This document shows, one piece after another, positions 1 through 10,587 of a stretch of DNA of 64,000 bases; the stretch's first letter is position 1; each line of letters begins with the position of its first letter. The notes below the pieces were generated by a model. That model ran no database searches and had not been told where the DNA came from. It saw only the letters and a list, made by a program, of their open reading frames with translations. The stretch is from the NCBI GenBank assembly GCA_964016885.1, contig OZ024740.1, forward strand, positions 100,750,001 to 100,814,000, written 5' to 3'. Origin of the DNA: Eledone cirrhosa. Lineage: Eukaryota. The position numbers and the translations under genes are program-made.

Positions 1-219
1 TAACAACACAATCGTTACAGTATATGGAAGGGATATATTAGGTTAACACTTGATATAGCAGGAAGAGTCCTTCATCAGAAGAAACAATGAGATATAAGAT
101 AGATAACAGGTCCATTCATGTTGACATCTCTTGCAAACTGTTGGTTCTGGCGTTTTGTGTACGATTTATTTTTTTTAAAAAGTGGATGATGGAGCGCGTC
201 TACCTGATATATCTATATA

Positions 220-1056
220 TCTATATATTAATTTGAACAATGTCAGTATTCCGTCATAATTCTGGATTATCATTGGTTCATAGGTTTCAAACGACTCCGC
301 CCACCTCAACGACGCCAAACTTAAATTAATATGCATAATGCCAATGAGGGAGTGAGAGGGGAGAGAGAGGCAAAGTGAACGCTGTGTTTGGATAAACTAT
401 GTATATGTGTCAGTGTAGAGACATGTGTGTGGATATAAGAAGGGAAGGAAAGCAATAACTATTAACATGTGTGCGTGTGTATGTACGTGCGCGTATGTTT
501 ATGTGTGTGTGCGTGCGTGCAGCGTTCCACAGAAAGTAAAAACTATCAACATGTGTGAGTGTGTGCGTGTGTGTAAGTTTGCGTGCGTGTGCGCGTTTCC
601 ATGCGTATATGTTTGTACGTGCGGCATCCCACAATCGCCACGCTGTTTATCTGTCTGTGTGTCTGTCTGTCAGTCTAACATTCACAGAGTTGTGAAGGGA
701 GTAAATAGGTACCTTTTTTTACATTGATGGAACTTCCATCATTCTTTTCAGAAACCTGGAACAACCACGTCTATACTATGATACACGTTTTACAGTCAGG
801 CAGAAGATGAACCATCTCCTAGGGGTCACTATTCTAGGTGGGAGCACCTAGAATTGTTCATATACTATGCACAAAAGGTACAACGAAGAATCTGGTATAT
901 CTGGACGATTTTTTTTACTGTTTTTTTTTATATCACACAGACACCACGGACTCGCCTCACACTGTAACCAGACAAACATCCAATACAGTCATTTTCTCTT
1001 TTATCTGTCTTCTCTAATCATCTGTTTACCCGGGCGAAGCTGAGTACGTCAGCTAG
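220..1056 (+). mobile_element. Non-autonomous Helitron, copy A
   Basis: Starts TC (TCTATATATTAATTT) after a host A. Ends with the hairpin acccgggcgaagctgagt followed by CTAG (1053-1056). Internal (GT)n/(GTCT)n tracts. Homologous to 1057-2019. Confidence 0.75.
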
Positions 1057-2019
1057 TCTAATTATTAATTTCAAGAACGTCAGTATTCCGTGTGTCATAA
1101 TTCTCGATTATCATTGGTTCATAGGTTTCAAACGACGCCAACAACGCCAAAATGAAATTAATATGCATAATGCCAACAGATGTGTGTGTGCGTGCGTGTA
1201 AGTTTGCGTGCGAGTGTGCGTTTCCATGCGTGTATGTGTGTGTACGTACGGCGTTCCACAATCGCCTCGCAGTTTATTTGTCTGTGGCCCTGTCTGTCAG
1301 TCTAACATACACAGAGTTGTGAAGGGAGTAAATAGGGACCTTTTTTTACATTGACGGACATCTTTTATATTTATTATTGTGTCACTTTTTGACAATTGCT
1401 GGAAGTGAATACTGATAATAAAAGCAATTCGACTTTATCAAACAGTGAACTACAGCGGTGACGGCGTGCAGCCAGGAATGAAGAAAATCGGGCCGAACAG
1501 CGCGATCGGAACGCCGAACTTCAGAGGCGAAGACGTTCCGCCATGAATGAAGAGGAGCTGGCTGAACAACGCCAACGAAACACTCGAGCCAAGCAGCGAC
1601 GGCGTGCTGCGATGGTTGAAGACGAACTGGCTGAGCATCATCTTTTATATTAATTATCTATATATATATATATCTACATATAATATAAAAGATTGGAGCT
1701 TCCATCATCCTTAAGAGAAACGTTGAATAATCACGTCGATGCAATGATACACGTTTTACAGTCAGGCAGAAGATGAACCATCTCCTAGAGGTCACTATTC
1801 TAGGTGGGAGCACCTAGAATTGTTCATATACTATGCACAAACGGTATAACGAAGAATCTGGTATATCCGGAAGATTTTTTTTTACTGTTTTTGTATCACA
1901 CAGACACCATGGACTCGCCTCATACTGTAACCAGACAAACATCCAATACAGTCATTTTCTCTTTTACCTGTCTTCTCTTATCATCTGTGTACCCGGGCGA
2001 AGCTGGGTACGTCAGCTAG
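1057..2019 (+). mobile_element. Non-autonomous Helitron, copy B (possibly composite, with a second TC start near 1673)
   Basis: TCTAATTATTAATTT start abuts the CTAG of copy A. 3' hairpin gtacccgggcgaagctgggtac and CTAG at 2016-2019, followed by T. 1700-2019 aligns with 725-1056. Confidence 0.7.
1441..1641 (+). pseudogene. Coding fragment with a 23-aa Arg/Glu-rich repeat (STPR-like) carried in Helitron B
   Basis: Frame from 1441 reads NSELQR*RRAAR NEENRAEQRDRNAELQRRRRSAM NEEELAEQRQRNTRAKQRRRAAM VEDELAEH, with exact 23-aa periodicity. Confidence 0.55.
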
Positions 2020-2025
2020 TATATA

Positions 2026-2893
2026 TAATGCCAATCATTGTAAGTTTGAATCTGACATGCAAAAACATATATATATGAATAAAGTAAGCCTAAATCATAG
2101 TAGATTCAAATATCCCAGAAAGAAAAAGTGAGGGGGGGGGGGGAGAAATGGGTGCAACAGAAATGAAACATGGATTACTGGTTAAAATATAGTCTAGATA
2201 GATGTGAAAAAAAGCGAGGATGTAGTTTATGGAACACCCAAATTATTTCGAAGTCGGCCTTAAGTAGAAGCAATAACATTAAGAAAGACATGGACGACAC
2301 CACAACACTTAGATTTGAAAATTTTGAAAGTAGGTTGAATAAGATTTTCGTAGTTTTCTCTGTGGCCTAGCGCTAGGTACGAGAGACGGTGGGTATCCTC
2401 CCCTTGGGTTCAATCCTGGTGAAGAGGTACATGTAACCTTTTTCAGTTTTTATTTTACAACCCGTAGAAAAAAAAACTGAAAAGGATTATTGGGAACCCT
2501 ACTGCCGACCAGGCTCTAACTTCAAACCATGATCACCACCGTCTATAATTCCTCCAACTAGGCCACCGCGACAGCTACAAAAGTATACTGAAAATTGATA
2601 ATTATAAGCCTACTTTCGAAATCAAAGTTAAAAAGATGTGTGGTTCATCGCTTTCCTATAACTATTATTAATATTTAGGGTCGACTCCTAGATTTCGCAA
2701 AATACATAATATTTTTTTATTGGAGAGGGTGAGTTATTTTTCCGCAAAAATTTGATGCACTGTTTTCTTTCCACTTATGTATTTTTCGAAAATGTTATTT
2801 ATTCATTATAAAAATTAAATGATAGCATTCTATATGTAGGTGGGCACCCTTCATCCCCTGGCAACCAATATTTTTAGACCTAGTCCGCAACTG
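2026..2893. mobile_element. Foldback, MITE-like repeat with an internal inverted pair of tRNA-like units, copy 1
   Basis: Homologous along its length to 48393-49214. Ends in tagacctagtccgc(a/c)actg. Internal palindrome centred near 2460. Confidence 0.7.
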
Positions 2894-3469
2894 TATATAT
2901 ATATTAATCAATGAAAAATGAGTTAGTTGATTTGTAATCATCTGACTCTTCTATATAACAGATGTCAAGCACTGAACGGTATATATTTATCCGGAGTGTA
3001 TATATATATATATATAAATGGGGACCGTGAAGAAATTTTTTAACTACCTGTTTTCGTGTTTTTTATCTAATCCGATCTCAGACATGCTTGCAATTGCCTT
3101 TAACAAAAATGGAAGTGGGGGGGGGGGGGGCTATGAAGGAACCCTTGGCTTTTACCAGCCTTGGAAAATTTTTCAGTGCGAATAACCGAGGTGGGAAGGG
3201 AGAGTGGCACTCCTGGTTACAGATAAGCACCTCTCAGTCCTTTAAATTTTTGGAAAAGCAGTCCCTAGATACTGAAGGACGTTTTGATCCTTCCTCATTT
3301 TGTACTGTTATGGAAAGCATTGTAAGCTCAATTAAGTGTTCCCCAATTTCCAAATATTCTCTTCCCACGAGGAGTGGCTTTGTGAAAGAGCATCCTTTGC
3401 CCCCAAATCCAAGAAAACATCACAGCTTATGCCATCAACAAAATCTCTCATAAATTATCCCTCTGAACA

Positions 3470-3966
3470 AAGATGTCGACAAGGACGATGCTGTTCATTA
3501 TCCTGTTGAATTTCTAAACAATCTGGAACTGTCCGATAAGCTGACACACAGCCTTGAATTGAAGAAGGGCACACTCACCATGCTTCTCAGAAACCTGGAT
3601 CAGCCAAGATTGGGCAATGGGACGCGCATGGTTATGACTGAACTACAGTTTCACATTATTGGAGCCAAAATCCTCACTGAATGTGATAAGGGAAACATCG
3701 TATTTATACCTAGAATGCTGCTGATACCAACAGCTGCCTCTTTTCATTTAAACTGATGGCAATTCAGTTTGAGAGTCAGTTGCACAATGACCATTAACAA
3801 GTCCCAATGACAAACCCTGCAGTTTGTCAGTCTCTCTCTAGAAGGAGGCTGTTTCTAACGTGGTCAATTGTAGGTAGGTTATTCCAGACTAGGAAGGCCC
3901 CACAAACACATCATATATGCACCAAAGAAAAAAGTGAAACACATTGTATATACTGAAGTTCTGTAA
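3470..3966 (+). pseudogene. Helitron RepHel Pif1-helicase C-terminal fragment, degraded
   Basis: YPVEFLN..L...H.L.LKKG..MLLRNLDQPRLGNGTRM..., IPRMLL, MTINKSQ*QTL, GQL*VGYSR, IVYTEVL*. These are typical Pif1 motifs, interrupted by in-frame stops. Confidence 0.85.
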
Positions 3967-4034
3967 ATGTTTTATAATTTTCGTAGAATACATTTTTCTA
4001 TTATTTTCTTTTTTTATTCTACATCACATTCATT

Positions 4035-5410
4035 TCCAAAAAACGGAATAGAAGATGTAATATCAGCCATAGATGAAATGAGATCAAATTCAGCTGCTGG
4101 CTGTGGTGGTTTCCCAGCAATCCTCCTGAATACAGGCAAGTGAACATTAGCTAAACCACTGCAGATCCTCATCTAAAGTTCCTTTGCGAGTGGTAAACTA
4201 ACTGGAAAACTAAAAGAAGGCCCTATCCATAAAAGAGGAAGCAGAGCAGATGCTAAAAACTACACATCAGCAGAGTCATAGACTGAATCATCAGAAGGAA
4301 ACTGATTACTTTTCTAGAGGAAAATGGTATTCTGACTTACATTCAGCATGGTTTTCACATGAGTAGGAGTTGCCTTATGCAGCTCTTGCAGCCTTATGAC
4401 TAGATACTCAAACAGCTGCACCACTGTTCGAACGTGGATGGGATGTTTCTCAACTTTGTGAAGGCCTTTGACAAGGTTAATGATGGAATGATATGTCACA
4501 AACTACATAGCTTTGGCATAGCTGGAAAATTAGGTGAATGGCTTCATGTCTTCTTAAATGACAGAAACCAGACTGTTGCGGTCAACAGTGCTTTTTCAAA
4601 AGAAACATCAATAACAAGTGGCATGCTCCAGGGAACCATCTTTGGGCTACTACAATTTTTGGCCCTCTCAAACATACCTTCTGTAACACTGACATCCTCC
4701 CTCACAGGCTATGCTGATGACATAAAAGTAGCCCAGGCAATCAAGAAATCGGCTGAAGCTACTCTTTTACAACAAGATTTAGATAACATGTTCCAATGGT
4801 CTGAAGACAACAATATGAAATACAGGACCTAGGTATTGACATGAGCAATATGCATCATTTTTCTGCACACATCCAAAATGATGGCAATGTGCAGACGACT
4901 GGCAGATTGGATTCTGAGGACTTTCAGGACAATAGACCCGGAAACCATGTTAGTCCTTTGGAGGACTTTCGTCCTGGGCCAGCTCCCAACTGTGGTTGCC
5001 CCACAGCGTCAAACTAACTGCAGAATTTGAAGCAATGCATCGAAGCTACAAGAGGATTTCCTCAATGAAAGACATGAGCTGAATAAACTAAAGTTTTACT
5101 CCCTGGAGTGACGACAGGAGAGATATGCAGTGATGAAATGTTTAGCACCAAACTTCAGCATTGAAAACAGGATGCCAAAGTTCCCATCTGTCGCATCAAG
5201 TATAAGGACTATATACTGCAATAGCCTGGAGTTCAAGGAATCCCAACAATTTAATAAGCTGCCAAAACATGAGAGATCTACATGGTGTGCATGTAGATAT
5301 TTTCAAGAGACATCTTGACATTCTGCTGACCTAGATTCCAGATGAACCCACAGCATGAGGTAAAGTACAAATAAGGGTGGCAGCAACAAACTCTTATTTG
5401 CATCAATGGT
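4035..5410 (+). mobile_element. Degraded CR1/L2-clade LINE, RT region
   Basis: FLNFVKAFDKVND, WLHVFLNDRNQTV, SGMLQGTIFG, YADDIK (ORF 4434-4832). Upstream SAAG..GFPAILL; many stops and frameshifts. Confidence 0.8.
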
Positions 5411-5730
5411 CAACCAAGAAAAGCTGGCTATAGAAAGCATAGCATCAGTGACGGTGCCTCAGCTTGGCATCAGCCTATCAGCTGGAACACATAATAAAGT
5501 AATATTTAAATACTTTTTAACATAATCTTAATGGACATTATGGCAGATGAAAATAGGTGTCTTATGAATAGATTTAGGCACAGTACTTTCCTCGAGTGAA
5601 TGCCAGGAGGCCACAAATATATATATAAACCTTGTTTATATATATATATATATATATATAAACAAGGTTTAGTAAATAATGAAAAAGTTTCAAAATAAAT
5701 TTTAAAAAATTGACTTTACCTACTATAGTT

Positions 5731-5814
5731 ACCTTTACCGATCGGTTTCGAATCCCAAAAATAAAACGGAGACCATACGGCCTTCGTTGCAAAGAGAGAT
5801 TCTCGTCAGAAGGT
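5731..5814 (-). ncRNA. Type I hammerhead ribozyme (Penelope/retrozyme-like, palindromic stem III)
   Basis: Minus strand: ACCUU-CUGACGA-GAAUCUC..GGGAUUC-GAA-ACCGAUCGGU-A-AAGGU. All core nucleotides are present, with stems I/II/III and a GUA cleavage triplet. Confidence 0.8.
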
Positions 5815-6069
5815 TCTTTTCATTCAAAGAATATAAAATTCCTGAATTTAAATCACAAACTAGCGCTATCAAAAACTGTTCCTGGGATGAGAGTGGATGA
5901 TGTAGAACAGGTTTATCAAGGGCCGTAGCAAAGGTAGAGGCAAAAGGAGGTAGGTTAAACTAGCCACTGCTATTGCTAGCAGCAGTCGGAATGACCCGGT
6001 TTGTTCTCAACGTTAGTGGAGGTAGTAGTAATATGAAATACGTTCCTTCACGCACAACCCGCCATTGAA

Positions 6070-6104
<35 letters not shown>

Positions 6105-6106
<2 letters not shown>

Positions 6107-8137
6107 TAAGGCAATCAAGGATATGAAGACTGGTAAGGCGGCTGGGCCTTCGGAAATAGTTGCTGAGATGCTGAAGGCATCTGGCACGGTGGGACACACC
6201 ATGGTCACCCGCATAGTTAACCAAGTCGTACAAAACGGGGTTGTTCCGAAGGACTGGCATAGCAGCATCATCGTTAACTGTTATAAGGGTAAAGGAGACG
6301 CCCTAGATAGGAGTAACTATAGAGGCATTAAATTAATCGACCAGGTCATGAAGGTCACGGAAAGAGTAATAGCGCAACTAATCAGAGAGAGAATTGACCT
6401 AGATGAAATGCAGTTCGGGTTTGTGTCAGGCAAAAGTACCACAGACGCTCTTTTCATAGTACGACAACTACAAGAGAAGTACCTAGCTAAAGGTAAACCC
6501 CTCTACTTAGCTTTTGTCGACTTGGAGAAAGCCTTCGACAGAGTCCCCCGCTCCATTATCTGGTGGGCTCTTAGAAAACTAGGCGTTGACGAATGGCTTG
6601 TGAGGGCTATACAAGCCATGTATAAAGAAACAGTCAGCAAGGTTAGAATTAACAACGAATATAGTGAAGAGTTTAGCGTAAAAGTCGGCGTCCATCAGGG
6701 CTCTGTTCTCAGTCCACTACTATTTATTATTGCCCTTCAGGCCATAACAGAGGAGTTCAAGACAGGCTGCCCATGGGAACTCCTATACGCAGACGACCTG
6801 ACACTCATAGCGGAATCAATGGCCGAGCTAGAGAAGAAATTCCAAACATGGAAGCACGGCCTAGAGTCAAAAGGACTTAAAATTAACCTGGCTAAGACCA
6901 AAGTACTAGTTTGTAGGAAAGAAAACAAGGCGGCGGTCCCTTCTGGGAAATGGTCGTGCTCGGTGTGTAGGAAAGGCGTAGGTAGAAACTCCATTTTATG
7001 TCCTAAATGCAAAGTATGGGTGCATAAAAGATGTAGTGGGATCACAGGTAGGCTAACTAAGAACATAGATTTTACATGTGGCCGGTGCTCTGGTGCAATA
7101 AGTAGCAGCAAGTGCCCACAAACTACTAGCTCTTTCAATTGCGCAGAGGGTTCTATAGAAATAGTGGACAGCTTCCGTTACCTGGGCGATAAAATCAGCA
7201 GTGGGGGAGGGTGCTCTGAAAGTACTGTAGCTAGAGTCAGAACTGGTTGGAAAAAGTTCAGAGAGCTTATACCACTATTAGCTGCTAAAGGGTTCTCACT
7301 AAAAATGAAAGGCAGGTTGTACGATGCCTGCATACGAACAGCAATGCTGCATGGCAGTGAGACCTGGGCATTGTGTGCAGAGGATATACGCAGACTAGAG
7401 AGGAACGAAGCTTGCATGCTCCGCTGGATGTGTAACAGTAATATACGTGAACGGCAAAGCATAAACGAACTAAGGAATAAATTAGAGATAAGAGGGATCA
7501 GATGTTGTTTACTCGAGAGAAGGCTACGTTGGTATGGACACGTGATGCGCATGAAAGTCGATAGCTGTATAACAAAGTGCAGGGCAATAAAGATAGACGG
7601 TAGTCACGGAATAGGCAGACCTAGAAAAACCTGGGACGAGCTGATAAACTCCGACATCACACACTTACACCTCTCCAAGACAATGTCACTGGACCGAGAC
7701 CTTTGGCGGTACTCAGTAACAGAGAAGACCCGCCTTACCTAAATATATAGTAAAACCTACTCCAGCCAGTAGGCATCTCTAACAAATACACCCCGTCCCA
7801 CCACCCCCACCCGATCCACACCACCCCGTTCTATGTAAAGTTATGTTGGTGCCGCGCCATCGAGGCCGAAACAAATGAGATCGTGTAGGTGTCACGACAA
7901 AAAAACACACAGTCCACGCTGTAATGTGGCCGTGTAGGCAACACGGTAAAAACCTCCCAGACCCACACTGTAAATGTGGTTGGTGTTAGGAAGGGCATCC
8001 AACTGTAGAAAACCTGCCAGACAGTCCTATGCGAGCAAGACAATCACTCTTGCCTCAAGTGGGACTACCCCCGTCCAAACCCATGCAAGCGTGGAACACG
8101 GACGTTAAACGCTGATGATGATGATGATGATGATGAT
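6105..8137 (+). mobile_element. 5'-truncated RTE-clade LINE with 3' UTR and (GAT)n tail
   Basis: Open RT ORF, 3' end ccatgcaagcgtggaacacggacgttaaac(gat)n, (TA)n on both flanks. Confidence 0.9.
6123..7742 (+). CDS. RTE-clade reverse transcriptase (5'-truncated, no endonuclease) with an inserted PHD finger
   Basis: 539 aa uninterrupted: KAAGPSEI, NYRGIKL, FVDLEKAFDRV, GVHQGSVLSP, LYADD, C4HC3 finger at about 6957-7088, FRYLG, RRLRWYGHVMRM, GRPRKTW. Confidence 0.9.
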   Translation: MKTGKAAGPSEIVAEMLKASGTVGHTMVTRIVNQVVQNGVVPKDWHSSIIVNCYKGKGDALDRSNYRGIKLIDQVMKVTERVIAQLIRERIDLDEMQFGFVSGKSTTDALFIVRQLQEKYLAKGKPLYLAFVDLEKAFDRVPRSIIWWALRKLGVDEWLVRAIQAMYKETVSKVRINNEYSEEFSVKVGVHQGSVLSPLLFIIALQAITEEFKTGCPWELLYADDLTLIAESMAELEKKFQTWKHGLESKGLKINLAKTKVLVCRKENKAAVPSGKWSCSVCRKGVGRNSILCPKCKVWVHKRCSGITGRLTKNIDFTCGRCSGAISSSKCPQTTSSFNCAEGSIEIVDSFRYLGDKISSGGGCSESTVARVRTGWKKFRELIPLLAAKGFSLKMKGRLYDACIRTAMLHGSETWALCAEDIRRLERNEACMLRWMCNSNIRERQSINELRNKLEIRGIRCCLLERRLRWYGHVMRMKVDSCITKCRAIKIDGSHGIGRPRKTWDELINSDITHLHLSKTMSLDRDLWRYSVTEKTRLT

Positions 8138-8140
8138 ATA

Positions 8141-8238
<98 letters not shown>

Positions 8239-8812
8239 TCTTCATCATTTAACGTCCATTTTCCATGCTAGCTTGGTTATATATATATATATGAATGGCC
8301 TATGATCACAGATTTGTTTTAACCTGTTGCCAATTTTGCAATACTATCTGTGCCACACATATTTCCCCTCTTCTTTTGTTGAGTTGTTCACTATTTTACT
8401 GCAACCATTCTCCTTTCCTATCACATGACTCTATTGTCTCATTCTTTCATCTCAGTGGTTTTTCCACCATCCAGATATGGCTATTGCTAACATCAAACAA
8501 TTTCTTCTCTATGCATCACTTACTATATATTTGTTCTGACAATTTCCATTACATATTTTTCAATTTAAATTTCATACATTTAATTTTATAAATATTTACT
8601 TTCCACCATTTAGCTTCACATTAGTTTGTTTTATTTTTATTTTAAAAAATACCCCAGGACAACATTTGTTTACCTTCTTAGACACTGTGACCCTCGATCA
8701 ACCAGCAGTATTGTCAGTAGCAGTCAGAACTGTTTACATACATTTCGATGGCCAATGACCATGGAGTTTTTGTATCTGAAACCAATTTTGTCACACATAT
8801 ATTATGCTTCGA

Positions 8813-9340
8813 TGGATGTGCATTGTTAGTGTGCATGAGTAACATAGCGTAAATAAACTGAGGGAAAAACTTGGCATAAGAGGAATCGGATGTAATATGC
8901 AAAAGAGAAGACTGCATTGGTATGGGCATGTGATGTACATGATATATAGCAGCTGCATAAAGAAATGCAGAGAAACCCCAGTGGCTGGGACCCATGGAAG
9001 AAGCAGAGGCATGGGATGGTGTTGTATAGACTGACCTTAAATAGCTAGACCTTACAACAGAAATGAATAAAGACTGCTAGGGCTGGCGTTATGCATGGCA
9101 GCCTCTCTAGTATTGATGATCAACACACTAATTGCATCCAGTACATGTTGTAAAGTGGTGCCATATAAAGGGGCAGAAGGACCCTTCAGTTGTGTCAAGG
9201 ACATGGCAACCTTCCTAGTGATGGTGATGTACATGATAAATGCACCCAGTACATGCTGTAAAGTGGTTGGTGATAAGAAGGGTATCCATCCATCCCTTGT
9301 TAGCAGGGAAAGCAGGCATTAAAACGACCATGATGATGGT
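8813..9340 (+). mobile_element. Degraded 3' fragment of the same RTE family
   Basis: RRLHWYGHVMYM-like coding remnant plus a family 3' UTR ending in gatgatg. Confidence 0.65.
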
Positions 9341-9341
9341 C

Positions 9342-10570
9342 ATCATCATTTTAAGATCTACTTTCCCCCTAACAAGAGTTTAGTGGGTCTACATTGTACT
9401 GAACCTGGGGCTACTAACTTCTCAGACAGGTCAGGTATCCACATCTCACTTACATACAGTCACACGTTCTACCAAGTGCAAAGGAGAAATTGTGGGGTCT
9501 TTCACACAACTGAAGTGTCCTCCAAACTCTTGTTTGGCAAGCTTTCTGTGGCTGGATGCTCTTCCTCTCACCAACCACTTTACAGCATATACTTGGTGCA
9601 TTTATTGTGTAGATCCCCAACACTAGAGAGGTTGCTGTGCTGTGGCAAGACTGAAGGGTTCTCTCAACCCACCTTTTTCTCTCTCTCACTTTCTCATGGT
9701 GATGAGGTTACAAATACCAGAAATGGGTTGTTTAATAATGGAGAGGATAGTTAGGGTGTGATAGGGGAGAGGACCAGGGTGGGGTGAAGGGAGTAGCTGC
9801 TAGGGTGTGATAGTGAGGGTATCAAGGGGGGAGGGGGGATTTTGAGGGGGGAAGAAGCTAAGAAGTGAGTTCCGTGGGGAGATGGGGTGTGTATGATGGG
9901 GGTGTAGTGTGGCTGAGAATAGCTGTTAGCGAGTGCTAGTGAGGCAGGGGGTTCGAGGTTAGGGCCACATTGTATTCTGTAAGTCAGGTCTTATTCAGCG
10001 CAGCATAGCACTAGCCCTTACAGTCCTTACTCATTTCTGTTGTGAGGTTCAGTTTTTTTAAGATCCATCTTCATAACATGCCATGTCTTCCTGGGTCTAC
10101 CTCTTCCACAAGTCCCAGCCACTGGGCTTTCTCTGCATTTATCTATGCAGCTGATATATTTCATGTGCATCACATACCATTTCAGTCTTCTCTCTTTACA
10201 CACTGCATTCAATTCTTTTATGCCAAGTTTTTCCTTCAATTTACCTATGTTATGTTGCTCATGCACACTTACATTGCACATATATCAGAGCATACTCAAC
10301 TCATATATTTCTAGACTCCTCAGGTCTCCTGCATTCAAGGCCCATATTTCAACAACTTCTAGGGAGCTCCCACTGGTAACTAAAGGAATTTATTTCATGT
10401 GTGCTCTTTATGTTCACTTCTCCTGTGCATTTATCTCTTCCATTAGCCTTACTGCAATCTCCCTACATCTCCTGTGTGTCCATAAATAACACTGTGTGCA
10501 CCTTATGGAATTTCTGCTGAACCCTTTCTAACATATCGAACAAGGCCATTTTCCTGATGGTATCACCATC
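9342..10570 (-). mobile_element. Degraded RTE-family copy (PHD region, C-terminus, 3' UTR)
   Basis: Minus strand reads PSGKWPCSIC...C..C...H..C, and ORF 10027-10281 has RRLKWY..GRGRPRKTW. Confidence 0.75.
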
Positions 10571-10587
10571 ACTATATATATATACAT

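Noticed and set aside
60-85. CTGATGA on the minus strand followed by a small stem
   Set aside because: No GAAA after stem II, so it is not a hammerhead.
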